50,565 nt of DNA, filler included, from Sphacelaria rigidula (GCA_964200075.2; 2 parts of 2 records of this genome joined end to end with filler, not necessarily neighbours in it), one strand, 5' to 3'. Positions 12,952 through 24,886 are shown, numbered from the whole stretch's first letter. The notes: generated from the sequence alone by a model not told the origin. Numbers and translations are program-made.

Positions 12952-15770
12952 CTTCCTGAGACAGCCACGGCTTATACGCTGCCTCCTGGGTGTCTCACCA
13001 TAGACCCACTACGTGTCGGGCAGATACTCTTGCCCACCAGCTCTGCGGAGAGCGAGACACAAGCTGTGAAGTAGCGTGGAAAAACAATGAAGGAAGGGAA
13101 GGAGGAAAAATAGACAAAGAAAAGAGAGGGTGATATGAACAGGCAACAGACCTAGGGAGCATCGCTCGACTTGCAAACTGAATAACGAAGTCAACAACCG
13201 ATGGGATAAGACACGGATATCGATTCCTGTGCCACCCCCCGCTCCCTTCCCCTCCCCCCCCCCGTAGTCAGGAGCACAGGGAATAACTTTTTGAACTATT
13301 TCCATCTTGTATCCCTTTCATTTATCTTGCCGCAACATGCGACCAGTATCGAGCGGTAATCAATAAAACGTCAGCACTACGTTTATCACGGTCAAACATG
13401 TATCGTACTGATGGTATTATATCCGCGTTGGCTCCACTGTCTACAATCCAACCCTCGTCACTCCCCACTACCGGTACCGCTTTCCTCTAGGTCTACATGT
13501 AATGAATTCACGCGCTCTCCATTCCTAGGTTCGTCACTGCCAACCGCTGGGGTCATAAACCCTAACTCGGTTCGGCTCTCTTCGACATTTTTCAACGTGG
13601 CTCAAACTGTGTGGTAGCTATTGTCGCACTCTATCATACCACACTTCTGACGCACTCATTTTGGGCACCTAGAAGTCAAATGGCCAATGTCGCTGCATGT
13701 AAAAACACTGCCTACCGTCAGACCCTTCTCCCTCCCCCTTTATCTCCTGGGCGTTAGAGAATGTGGTGGTTGACGTGTAGTACCCCAACCTGAACGATCC
13801 GAAATATGAGTGGTTTTCCACCAGCTTGGTTTCCACGCCCCTTGCACGATGCGGACGTTTTATCGTTACTTGCCAGTAGCACACGGTTGAGTCCCAATCC
13901 CTTCCCCACCTCGCATTTCCTCAGGGTATTCAAATTGTAAGGGTGGGACGAATGATGATTCGTCGGAAATCACGCGCTTTTAGTGTGACTGGTTCGTACC
14001 GTACGAATCCATCCTTGAGCTTTGCTTTCAGAATTTCATCCCAAATACGCCCACCTCAGGCACGTGGAGTAGAGCAAAATATATTGCGTAGAGTTGTTCT
14101 TGATCCGCGGTCAACGTTTTTCTCTATTTTCAATCAAACAGGCCTAAGAAATCGTAGAAATTGGCTATTCGAACCGGCGATGATTCGTCCGACCGTTGAA
14201 AAAAAATGTCCGTTACCACGTGATTATCTCGATCTGCCGAGAGGGTTCCCTCCATGCGAATTATATCCCGCGTGTAGGAGGGGTCCGAGGGAGGGTGAGA
14301 CAACAATAAAAAACTGTGAATCAAATCGCCACCGGTGATTAATACCCCGGGTGTTCGAGCACGCGACTGAATGTTTTATGAACACACAGTAAGCAAAACT
14401 CGCCCGGGTCGGACCCTCGATCATGTATTTTCGGAGGGTAAAATCCTTCGTGGACATCGAACTTGGCGCCCATAGTATCTGGAGAACAGCGCTTCCTTCC
14501 GCACATCCCGCACGACGACGACGGGAGGATGAGATCGCTGTACAGTAGCTGATTCCGAGCCGTTTTAGCCGATGTGTGGTACAACAAAAGCTTGATGTTC
14601 GCCGCCTTTTGGTGTCATCCACTCTTGTGGAAAAACGGTGGAAAACGCCAGAAGTAAAAAATCATGATCCATAGAAAGTTGCGTGATGGTACATGACCTA
14701 TTTTTACAAAGTTTCAGGATCTACCTCCCAATAACGGCGTGAAGGTTTGCGCGTTTGTGGAGGACGTGGGCTTGAAACGTGCAACTCCAAACTACTTGGG
14801 TTTAGTATATAAACGTCTTTTGAAGTGAACTTTACGCCAAGGCAAGAAAGCTGTATGAAGTTTTCGAGATTCTGCACCGAACTTTGTACATGTGTTCCTT
14901 GGACGATCCCAGGACGCGTCATTTCATTATTTTATCTTTTAGGGCATTATGTACCGCCTTCCGGGGGTCTTCATACTGGGAAGCTCGGAAGCCGGTGGAG
15001 AACGGAGAAACCATGAAATTTGTCAAGAACACAATTTTTTCATTTGGAGCATCAATACCTACGGATCTGCCAAGTCTGAGGGCGATCTGTGCTTTTCTAC
15101 AACAGATACAGGGGACACCGTCACGAGGCTCCCTGGGTCTTTTGTTCTTATCATTAGTGGAAATTAGACGTCGCCAACACCCGACGTCACCGAAACATCA
15201 CGGTTTCGGGTATAATTCGACCCCGTAGTCACCGTTTTCAAATGTGTTTTTTTTCGATAGATTCCCGAGCCGATGACGGTGACTACGATTTGAAGCATGT
15301 AGAGATTGGGTGGAAATTGGGCTTGGAATTCGTTATATCGATCTCGGAACAATTTGGTGGGCGCTGATTGGTCGATATACCATTTCGCCCTTAGCGCTAC
15401 CACTATGGCCTTATACTCAAATCTGACTACGTCACGCTCTTCAGCTGTCCATGGCGGTCAGTATGATATCATGTATGCGACTATTGGTTAGGTACTGCGA
15501 AAGTCATTTGCTGATGACACACTTTTGGGTGGTGAGCGTGAACCAGCCTGTAATTCTTGCAAGCGCGCAACACGCCCTCATCGAAACGTCGCACCTGGTT
15601 AAGGGCATACCTAGGAAGAGTTCTAGGAAACCCTATATATCAGCATGCACTATTACGAAAATCTATTAGTTGAATTCATTCCAAGCGTTCGTCTTTTTAC
15701 TCGAAGTAAAACGAAGATGCCAATTCCCAAGCACCTTGCTACCATCTTGCTGCACCATTCTCGACGATGC

Positions 15771-15811
<41 letters not shown>

Positions 15812-17369
15812 ACCACAAGACTCACCCTCATTTCCTTTGTTTAAAAAACTTGTCAGTATTTATGCTCACACNNNNNNNNNNTTTACAAAAAAAAAAAAAA
15901 AAACCAAATCCCAAACCCCCTGCTCCCCCCTTTCTGCCCCCCTCCCCCCCAAGCCCCCCCCCCCCCCCCCCCCCCGCGGGCATAAACAATATGACATTGC
16001 TAGATATGCCATTGTTATAGAATAAATGCCAGTTGTCGGACCCTACGCTGCACCTCCTACTGTACCGCGTACAGCGATATGGCTGTGCACACCTGACGCA
16101 CTCTCACGCGTAGCTTCCGCCCCTTTCCCCGGGCTGAGGAGATGCTGGATCCCACAAGTCATCGACTACTGTTCTGGCTACCGTACACCACAGTCAACTG
16201 ACCGTACGGTTGTGGAACGTACCCCCTGATTGAAACTTAGGACGCCTTGCATCTTTAGTTCCTTAGTCTGTCGTATCGTCCGCGCTTACTGTACCCTGAA
16301 CAGTACCGCGGTGCCTTCTCTCCACCGATGGTATATCCCAGCCATGGTTTTATCTCCGGTCTTTCGCATAGATTTATTGATACTTTCCTGGGCCATCGAC
16401 TACTGTGCGAGCATGTTTGTAAGACCTAAACAGCATTTTTATTCCCGATAAACCATCATATTTTTAGGTTCTTACCGCACAGTTTCATCGGCCATGGTGG
16501 ACATGAAACCGCAGCAAGATCGTGAACATTTATGCCAGCGGCTTACTGGTGAACTCGCAGTGGACATTCTGTGCTCTAGAGACCTTAAAAAGGTTCGTTG
16601 GTCTAGTGCTTACGGCACGAAGGATGACATAACACCGATCAAGGTGGTAGAAGGTGCGAAGAAGCAAAGCGACCTTCCTCTGACTTCCCTGTAATATTCG
16701 GATGATCATCTCTGGAAGTGGCGATACCAGAAAATGAAGCCACTCATTGTAGGCTGTCATCCAATGGCAAGATAACCAGCCCGCTTCGGGCCGAACAGTC
16801 TTAGCAGGGTGCAGCTCACCTTTTATGCGACTAGCCGAATACATCACGGCGCTTTGCGCTCGATGATTGCGAGCCTGGTCCGGCGAAAACTCGGCGTGCT
16901 TTGTCCCGGCTTTGTAGGTACGCGAGGTCAATGATATTATGACTAGGGCACGCAAGATCATGAGCACACCCCCCCCCCCTACCACCTAAAACCCCACCAG
17001 TTATCATACCAAGATACCCCACAGAGAATGAAGCACACTCACAGTGGTACATGTGCAAAAAAAAACAAGCACTGGACACCGCATCCATCTGCAGGCCGAC
17101 ACCCATGTGGTGAATCATACTTCGAAGACGACACGCCCGCCCTTTCCATCTCACCACGTATACATCGTGTCAGGTGGATCAGTACCGAGACACGGATCGG
17201 TATATCCATGCCTGCACTATTCATTCAGAGGCGCACAAACGTTTCTTGGTGCTGTGTTCGTGGAGTCCACACTCAATCATTTGAAAAAATACTGTTCTGC
17301 TGTTGTGGGAAGCGCCAAATTCACACCAAATTTCGGCCGACTGTCCACCACTTACTTACGCCCCTTTAG

Positions 17370-17498
17370 GTGACATTCCACTCCCACCTCAACACCATGG
17401 AGGAGACGTTGAACGCCACCAAGAGAGAAAAGGGCGAGGTGGAGTCGCTCACGCGTCAACTAGAGACCGGCTGCACCAAGTCCATGCTCGATTCACAG
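17370..17498 (+). CDS. Exon 2 of ODA docking complex-like gene (VTFHSHLNTMEETL...SMLDSQ)
   Basis: Acceptor cccctttag|, 43 codons continuing the coiled coil of exon 1 in phase 0, donor CAG|gcaagt (GC-AG). Confidence 0.8.
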
Positions 17499-17737
17499 GC
17501 AAGTAAAGAACGCATGGGCAGCTGACACCAACCCTACGTGAACACAGTTCGAACACATACCGTGCCGACTGTGATGGTCCTCGGTATTCCGATTATCCAT
17601 CGAACGGATTAGTGGCAGCACCCATGCTCAGTAGTAACAGGATTGAACGTGCAGAAATGCATCCACAAAGCTGCAAAAAGAAAGGTCAGGCCAACGTTCT
17701 ACCCGTCGACGTGTGCTGGATCTTCGCCATGATGCAG

Positions 17738-17845
17738 GAAGCTCACCGGTGTGTAGCAATGGAGCGGCGAGAAAGGAGCCGCGTTATGGCGAGCAAAGGG
17801 CGGGAGGCAGAGACTGCGCGGAAAATGGAGTTGTGGAGGGAGCAG
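17738..17845 (+). CDS. Exon 3 of ODA docking complex-like gene (EAHRCVAMERRE...LWREQ)
   Basis: Acceptor tgcag|, 36 charged codons, donor CAG|gtacat. Confidence 0.8.
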
Positions 17846-17989
17846 GTACATCGGCCGACCCTACAGTTAACCTACGCGAAAACGAACGCGAGCTCCGGCT
17901 TGTACGCGCCAGTATACTTTATACTGACTGGCATGAAAAAAACCATGCGGGTGCTCCCTTGGCTAGTCTCCAGATGCAAGAATGGATGT

Positions 17990-18088
17990 CCCAGAGTGTC
18001 TCATTTCTTACTCTGCTCTTTTTTTGCTGCTCCTGACCACGGGCTGGATTGTTGTAACCAGCTCATGTGAGATCATCAATCAATCAAC
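17990..18088 (+). mobile_element. 3' tail of a SINE/LINE in intron 3
   Basis: Ends in ccagctcatgtgagatcatcaatcaatcaa, an (ATCA)n microsatellite tail of the kind typical of RTE-mobilised elements. The 5' boundary is uncertain. Confidence 0.45.
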
Positions 18089-18238
18089 CAGTGTGTCCGG
18101 GTTCAGAGCGACGTGGTCGTGAAAGTAGTCCGCACACGACATGCACTCGATTTTATTTTACTCTGCAGTAGACTTGAACTGAAGTGCGGAAGCTAACCCA
18201 GCCTGAATCACTGCGATCAATCTCCCTCTCTTGCACAG

Positions 18239-18331
18239 CGGGAGGTAACACGCGTTCGTATGGCGCAAACGTTGAGAGGTGATCTCACCAGCGAGCAGGA
18301 GGCTGACCTGATTGATCTACTCGCAGCCAAG
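18239..18331 (+). CDS. Exon 4 of ODA docking complex-like gene (REVTRVRMAQTLRGDLTSEQEADLIDLLAAK)
   Basis: Polypyrimidine acceptor tctccctctcttgcacag|, 31 codons, donor AAG|gttagt. Too short to appear in the ORF track. Confidence 0.8.
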
Positions 18332-18776
18332 GTTAGTGCGGTGGAACTTTACCAATGCATACCAAGCACGGTACGACGTGGAACGTTGACATTCTCAGGC
18401 TACGGGGTGCAGATGATTTCTTTGCGGCTCATGTAGCTGGGATTTCCAGAACCTCGGGGTACACGACTCTCCAGAGGTTCCGCGTTCCACGGCGGCAGAA
18501 CTGGCACTTGGGGTCCGTGTAGTTCTACTGGCGAGACAGAGCTTGACTACCGTACACACATAGTTTACTCAGGTCAGTCATATACCGACATGTTTCTCTT
18601 TTAGTAGAATTGGGGACCCGAGGATACTTCTGTGTGGTGGTACGTTTGGGAAGCTGGGTATCGCCTTCATGTGCACTGAGTATGTTCGTGTTTCTGCTGC
18701 GCACTATCGATATTTTTTTCCTACCCTGATGTTTTGAATGGCGGATGTGTACTTCGCACTCCCGTCCTTTCCGCAG

Positions 18777-19106
18777 GAGCGCTCGACTAACGAGCTGCGC
18801 GTACAGAACGAGGTTCAACAGCGAAGGGTTACGGAAATGGAAGCCACGTTTGCCCGCATCAGGCAAGCAACGGGAGTCAATACGTTGGAAGAGATGGTCC
18901 TCAAGTTGGCAAACCAGGGCACCAACCACATCACGCTGGAAGAAGAGAAGCGCGAAGCCGAGAGCAAGCTCTCGAGAGCGAAAGCTGCCAGGCAACGCGA
19001 AGACACGAGGTTTTCGTGTATGAAGGCCAGCGGGGTGGGCAACACGGAGCTCAACCGAGATATCAGCGATAAACTTAACGCCGAGATACAAGAGTATCGT
19101 GTCGAG
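18777..19106 (+). CDS. Exon 5 of ODA docking complex-like gene
   Basis: Acceptor ccttccgcag|, 110 codons, donor GAG|gtgagg. MEATFARIRQATGVNTLEEMVLKLANQ resembles the docking-complex motif (EEAF.KIKEATGV.D..EVV.KF..Q). Confidence 0.85.
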
Positions 19107-19973
19107 GTGAGGACGGCCGGCTGTGCGTGATTCCTGAAGAAGCGGACGTATGCCGTCTGGACCACTGAGTGCTCGTTGGTCCATATCACAAATGCACGCT
19201 TCAGGAATTACGGTTATGGTGTGTGATTTGTCCTGGCATGGTCACACGATATCTCCGGGGCCGCGCGGGTCTGTTCGCTGTGAACCAGTTCTCAAGTCAA
19301 ATATCTGCTGGTGGAGCAAAACATGAGGGCTTCAAGACCGCGGATAATCGATTGTTGGTAGAAGTTGGGCCTTGAACGGTATACGTGCGAGGGGCACAGC
19401 CCCGGAGATCTATGGTGTGACAATGTCGGGACGAAGTACGTACACGCCATTTCTCGGGGACAATAGGTATCCTTGCTCAGTGCGGCTCGTGCGGCAGAAC
19501 CAAGTATGTCCGTATGAATATTGCGAGCTTCGTGTGCAATGACCCCGTCATCGGGCTCGGTACTCCAATGTGCTGATACTCCCATATGCCGAATATTTCC
19601 TGAAAACCCCCTCGTGGCTTGGATTCGGCGTCATGAGGAAAACGTGAACGATTTGCGCAGTCGAAAATAATACTTACGGGCGGTCGAACATGTCAGCATA
19701 CCGCACTGAGAGATCATCTTCAAGTACCACGTACACGCGCGTGAAACCCCTGTCACCAAGATGCAGTCCACAGTAGTAGAGTAGTCATGTTTGCGGTCGC
19801 GGGACAAGAAAGTAACATTTGAGCGCATGCTCCACATCGGATGCTGATATATGGCAAAGGAGGTTTCAAGTAAGGAACACCTGGGAACTATGACGCAATT
19901 TACTCGAAAAATTCTACCGCTCCGCGCGTGACATAGTTGCCTTGTCCACTTCTCTTCTCGGTCGCCTGCGCAG

Positions 19974-20198
19974 GCCAAGATGAAGAAAGCTGCGCACGAG
20001 CGTCTAGAGGTCACTCTCGCGGGCGTGAAGCAAGGAGCGGTGAGCCTGTGGCAACGTCTTCAGGCCTACTCGTTTCTCCTCGACGCTTCTGACTGCGCCC
20101 AGCTGCAGCGGATGAAAGAGCGAACAGATGCCGAGGTTGAAAGGGATACCGTCCGAGCACTCAGTTTGTGTGAAACTCTGCTCAGCATTATGTTGGAG
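19974..20198 (+). CDS. Exon 6 of ODA docking complex-like gene (AKMKKAAHERLE...LSIMLE)
   Basis: Acceptor cctgcgcag|, 75 codons, donor GAG|gtgagt. Confidence 0.85.
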
Positions 20199-20485
20199 GT
20201 GAGTATCATGGCACTGGCGATAATTAGGACCGGGATCTTGGGGTTAGATGTTTCTCGGCTCGGTTAGCAACCTCTACTCAAGTCTAAACATGTCCCCATG
20301 AGGCACAAATATGATTAGCACTTGTCATGAGATAGCCAACGATCCCTGCACGGTACATACGAGCGCAATACCTACCGAAACACATTTGTTGGGGGTGAAC
20401 TGCCTCTAGGCTGAACCAGTAACATTTTTAGCCAATTGACCGTCGTCCCTAAAGCATTATTGAACGCAAAAACAACCGTGTTCAG

Positions 20486-21091
20486 GTGGTTTCGGGCACG
20501 CACGACGGGGCAGCGCGTTTCGCTGGCGGAGCCGCAGGTAGCGGCGCTGCAGGTGCCTCCGCCGTCGGTAACATCGGAGGCGCTGGGAGTAGCGGTAGTG
20601 GCAACGGACAGGGAGATGGGGAAGACTCGAGCGACATGGGTTCCACCGGTAACACCCCGGACAGCATCGCTGGCGCAAGCACCGACGAGGTACCATCTAT
20701 GCGGAACAACGTTCGAGTGCGGAGTACGGCGCGCCTTGCCGGCGAAGAGAGGTTGCTGGAAGGTGTTGAAGATACTGATGGTCAACGGTGGTTCCGTGCG
20801 ATCGGTGGCGCCTGCACCGGGAGTGCTGCCGCGGGAGGCGGCGGAGGGGGCGATGTAGGGGGCGATGATCGAGTTCTTGAGAGCGATGATGAGCAGGCGC
20901 TGGAGGACATGGTCCCTAGTCGCGCGTTTCTTAAGCTATGTAGTAGTCGCCAACACACGGAGACGATTCGCAAAATGGAGAGCGACGAGCGCAAGAAGAA
21001 ACTGGCTGAGAGGATGGAAACCGCGGATGAGTCGGAGAAAGCTACGCTGACGTCCAAGCTCGCACGAAAGAGGCAACAAGATCTGGCCATG
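20486..21091 (+). CDS. Exon 7 of ODA docking complex-like gene (Gly/Ser-rich linker plus C-terminal coiled coil)
   Basis: Acceptor gttcag|, 202 codons, donor ATG|gtaacc. Confidence 0.8.
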
Positions 21092-21432
21092 GTAACCATG
21101 TTGAGGAAGGAAAAATGTGAAAATACGCGGAGCTGTATCACGCCGAGCGAGTGCTGACGATCACCAATGTGTCGAGAAACGGTTACCTTCACCCGACTTG
21201 TAGTTCACACTTGAGTTATGCTGCGATGCTCACGTAGGTGTCAATGTCGTTTAACCGTCTGACGAGTGAGCCTTTGTGCGCGTGCACCGTTACGCAATCC
21301 CAGCAATGATCGGCGGGCGCTGAGGTCAAAAGAGTGTAACGCTTTGCTTCTCACCTTTGGCGTTCCTCACAATACTGTACGGCAATGCGAATTGATGCAC
21401 TTGTCCGATTCCGCTAATCCCAACTGTCGCAG

Positions 21433-21546
21433 GAACGCATATCGGCGCCGCAACCAATCCTGGGATTGCCCGAGGGGATCACACGGCGCGACGACGTGTA
21501 CACCAAGACGGAAGCATTCCTTACACACGTGCCTCGCCTTGATTAA
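21433..21546 (+). CDS. Terminal exon 8 of ODA docking complex-like gene (ERISAPQPILG...HVPRLD*)
   Basis: Branch-like gctaat and acceptor tgtcgcag|, then 37 codons and TAA in phase 0. Confidence 0.75.
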   Translation, partial: ERISAPQPILGLPEGITRRDDVYTKTEAFLTHVPRLD

Positions 21547-22171
21547 TAGACAACCGAATGGGTAGATATAGATAGTAAATATGCTGTGACGCCGTCGAGG
21601 TGCTTTCACATCGATGAGTGCAAGTCTCCCTGCATGTGGATAGCCAGTGTATGTGCAGGACGAGCGGTGTATTGTCATCGTTCCTATCCCGAGGCTTGCT
21701 GCGGTGTAGCTGTGTTTTCGTCTCTAGGCAAGGGGTCAGTGCTTCGGAGTGGTGGCAGTACGAAGAGTGGTGAGTTGGCGTACACTCGCCAAGACCTTGC
21801 CATGTGTGCGCGTGGTCGCGTCAGTTGGTAATCTATCCCTGAAATTACCGCCGTTGGAAATTGGCGAATATTTTCCCTCTTGATTCCGTTCGCGTATGTA
21901 GTTTGTACCGTATGTATCTTCTGCACAGTTGGCTCATTTCTTGGGCACCACTTTCGTGTATACACCGTGGACGAACACATTTCCAGAAAACATTAGATTG
22001 CATTTACTTGACCGAAAATAGACGAAGGATATCAGCCAACCCATCTAACATCGCGTGTATATATGCCCTGCAAATCAAGCACTGACAACAAGACCTCGCG
22101 GGATATTTCATGGGTCGTGTCTAGTCACCGCCGGTGTCACCACGAGCTAACCCGCTGCAACCGGGCGACTC

Positions 22172-22420
22172 TTCATCCTCTTGTCCAGTGGTACACTGGA
22201 CTGTGGAGTCTCTTCTGACGGAAAATAATCATGTGTCTGTCCGTCTGTCTATCCGACATTTCACTCCTCACCGCTGACAGTTTTTCATTTTTTTGGATCT
22301 TCTCACTCCTGCCATTTGACCCCGCGCGGCAACGACAACCGACGACCATCACGCCAACGTTCATTATGGGCACAAGTCCACCTCCTGGGGTGGTGTGTGT
22401 GTCGACGTCTCATATTTGAC
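22172..22420 (+). mobile_element. Possible non-autonomous Helentron/DINE-like element
   Basis: Perfect hairpin gtccagtg-gta-cactggac (22183-22201) followed by a tgtctgtccgtctgtctatccg microsatellite, an arrangement known from DINE-1/HINE elements. The 3' end is undefined. Confidence 0.35.
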
Positions 22421-22672
22421 TCGACCGTGGCGGGTGTTGCTTTAAAAAATGCAGCCTGCCACTCACCGCCAGCATACAGCGCACGGACTACCGACTACGA
22501 AGTATACTCTTACATGCTTTGGAGTATTTTGATACTTGCTCCTTCCGTGAACCTGGAATAATGTCATTAATTGTTTTTTAGCAGGCATACATACACGCAA
22601 AGCCAGGCAAAGTGCTACTAAACATGTATACTAGAAATGGATGCGGTCTGAACCTCTCCACCTCGAGTAGCA

Positions 22673-23006
22673 CACACGCGGCGATTTGGCTACCCCCCAA
22701 AATAATTCCGGAGGGATGCGCGGCCCTCCAAAGGCAAAACAAGCCTCCGGAGGCCTTCAATCTCTCTGGAGGAAACCAAACACTACCGAGCTGGAGGGCC
22801 GCGCACCCCTCCGGAGGACTTCTCCGACGCGCGGCCCTCCAGAGGCAAAAACAAGCCTCCGGAGGCGTTTAATCCCTCTAGAGGAAACAAAAAAATCTCC
22901 TCTGAAGGGCCGCGCACCCCTCCGGAGGAGGCGTTTAATTCCTCTGGAGGCTCAAAAAGTTGACTGACCTGGAGGAATTTTGTGGGTAGCCAAATGGCCG
23001 CGTGTG
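22673..23006. mobile_element. CACTA/EnSpm-like MITE with internal tandem repeats
   Basis: 23-bp TIRs cacacgcggcgatttggctaccc / gggtagccaaatggccgcgtgtg (1 mismatch), a 3-bp TSD GCA on both sides, and an interior built of cctccggagg and gcggccctc repeats in both orientations. Confidence 0.8.
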
Positions 23007-23014
23007 GCATCTCT

Positions 23015-23288
23015 ACATACATACTGGTACCAACTGTGCCCCGCACGCAAAAACCGTGCGCAAATGACCAAGAAAAGGAACTGCTGAACCCCTCCCGCAA
23101 TAAAATAAAAAGGTAAGCACTGCAGAAGGAAGGTGGAGAACTAAAACAAACAAAAAAGAAGGGGAAAAAAATCCTGTGTTGACCTTCTTCCTGTGTGACC
23201 CCGGCTGGTGCGCCCATATATATACTGTATACCGAAAGGTGTAGACCGGCGACCAGAGTAGATGGGACGACAACGACGACGGCGACGA
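23015..23288 (+). mobile_element. SINE/LINE-like interspersed repeat ending in a (GAC)n tail
   Basis: The end ataccgaaaggtgtagaccggcgaccagagtagatgggacgacaacgacgac recurs at 25349-25400. Confidence 0.6.
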
Positions 23289-23379
23289 ATTGAAAATGAA
23301 AAACGCACTCCAGTACCACAGATAATCACCTAAAAATGGATACCTTTCCCATATTCCTTCTGGTCACTCTCATGTGTTG

Positions 23380-23785
23380 AAAACAAACTTGCTGAAAACT
23401 GCCTTTTTGGTCCTTCTCCGTCGTTTTACGCCCGACCGAAAAGAGGGTTCGGCGGATGTTGACACCCCTCTTGTTGAAACTGTTCCAGGGCACCCATGCG
23501 CTTTCCGGCGACCGCAGTTTTTTTCGGCCAAACTTGCACTTTCAATAACAAACTGCCAAGTTATAAAAAAATCAGGGGGGAAACTCGGGGAAACCGCCAG
23601 TTTTTTCTATGACTTGATCGTTTGTCATTGAAAATGCAAGTTTGGTTTAAAACAAACGGTGTCCACCGGATAACGCATAGGTGCCCTGGCACGGTCTCAA
23701 GTCATTCCAAGGTGTCAGCATCCATCCCTTCGGGCGTAAAACGAGGGAGAAGGATCAAAAAGGCAGTTTTCAACAAGACTTTTTT
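23380..23785. mobile_element. Palindromic (foldback) MITE, about 400 bp
   Basis: Left arm cttgctgaaaactgcctttttggtccttctccgtcgttttacgcccga mirrors right arm tcgggcgtaaaacgagggagaaggatcaaaaaggcagttttcaacaag. The inner arms (aaacttgcactttcaataacaaac / gtttgtcattgaaaatgcaagttt) are also inverted. Confidence 0.8.
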
Positions 23786-24244
23786 GGGGGCGTAAGAACT
23801 GATCGCCTCATCCTTCACTTTCTTATCTTTCCTGCCCTCCTCCTTGCTTATTTTGTGTTTCTTCATATTTTGCAACCTTCTGCTTCCCGAACCATACTCG
23901 TACTGGTTATGATTAACCCACATTCGAACCCGATCGCTGCCACCCCCCCATTGTGTCTCCTGCCCGGGTTTAATGCCACCTGCTATTAAGTCATCTGCGA
24001 GTGCCCGAGATACCGTCTCGGAGTCCTCCAAACTACCTCCAAACTACTCCATGAAATCGCCACTATACGCCAACCGCCTTCTCGCTGAATTACTGCCAGC
24101 AGACTACCTGCCGCCGCAATAAGGCGGGTTGCGCCACCTTCACGTCCCGAATGGAGTGCGGACACTCATGGGTTCACACCGTGTTGCTGTAACATTGCGC
24201 GTAATGGTGTAAATACTAACCACTGTCTGGGTAGCAGGGAAACA

Positions 24245-24310
24245 AATGGTTCAATGGTCAGAGAGTCACGCTTCTGAAACCTAGGATGTGAGTTCGATTT
24301 CTTTCAGCTT
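24245..24310 (+). repeat. tRNA-derived SINE head (degenerate)
   Basis: A-box-like tggttcaatgg (24247) and B-box-like agttcgatttc (24291) at tRNA spacing. Confidence 0.45.
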
Positions 24311-24615
24311 GAGAATGAACGTGATCGACATTTTTTTTATTTCATAATTAATGTATTGTTCGCTCCTGTAGCCACGCGGCGAGTATGCTGCACAGTGTAA
24401 AATGAACAGACTGTGCAGCGCACTCGCCTCGACGAACGCTGCATAAGGTGTCGAAACCCTGTGTAGCTGCTCCACATGTTGTAGAGGGAGCTATTTGTCC
24501 ACGTGTGATGGAACGATAATCGCCGTATATTACCCCTGCCCCCCTATTAGACCGCAGCGAGAAAATGATCGCTGTACGAGCTGGGCCAGCCGAGAAGCGA
24601 TTCTGCAGTTTGCAA

Positions 24616-24886
24616 GCCCATTATACGGCCAATACTTGGAGTTGGACCCTGAAATTTGGTATGGACAATGAGTAGGGCATAGTAAAAAGAATTACTGGCG
24701 TACACAAGTTTTTTTTTTCGTTTCATGAGTTAAGGACATTTTACCGATATCTGAAAACTGAATATTGCCCTTAACTCGTGAAAAAAAAACAAACCTTGTG
24801 TACGCCAGCAATTTTTTTATTATGCCCCACTCATCGTCCATACCAAATTTCAGGATCCAACTCCAAGTATTGGCCGTATAATGGGC
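24616..24886. mobile_element. Palindromic MITE, about 270 bp with arms of about 120 bp
   Basis: gcccattatacggccaatacttggagttgga...tgagttaagg is mirrored by ccttaactc...tccaactccaagtattggccgtataatgggc around a loop of about 27 nt. Confidence 0.85.

Noticed and set aside
15770-15980. Poly-C/poly-A runs giving proline-rich ORFs
   Set aside because: They flank an N gap and look like low-quality contig ends, not coding sequence.
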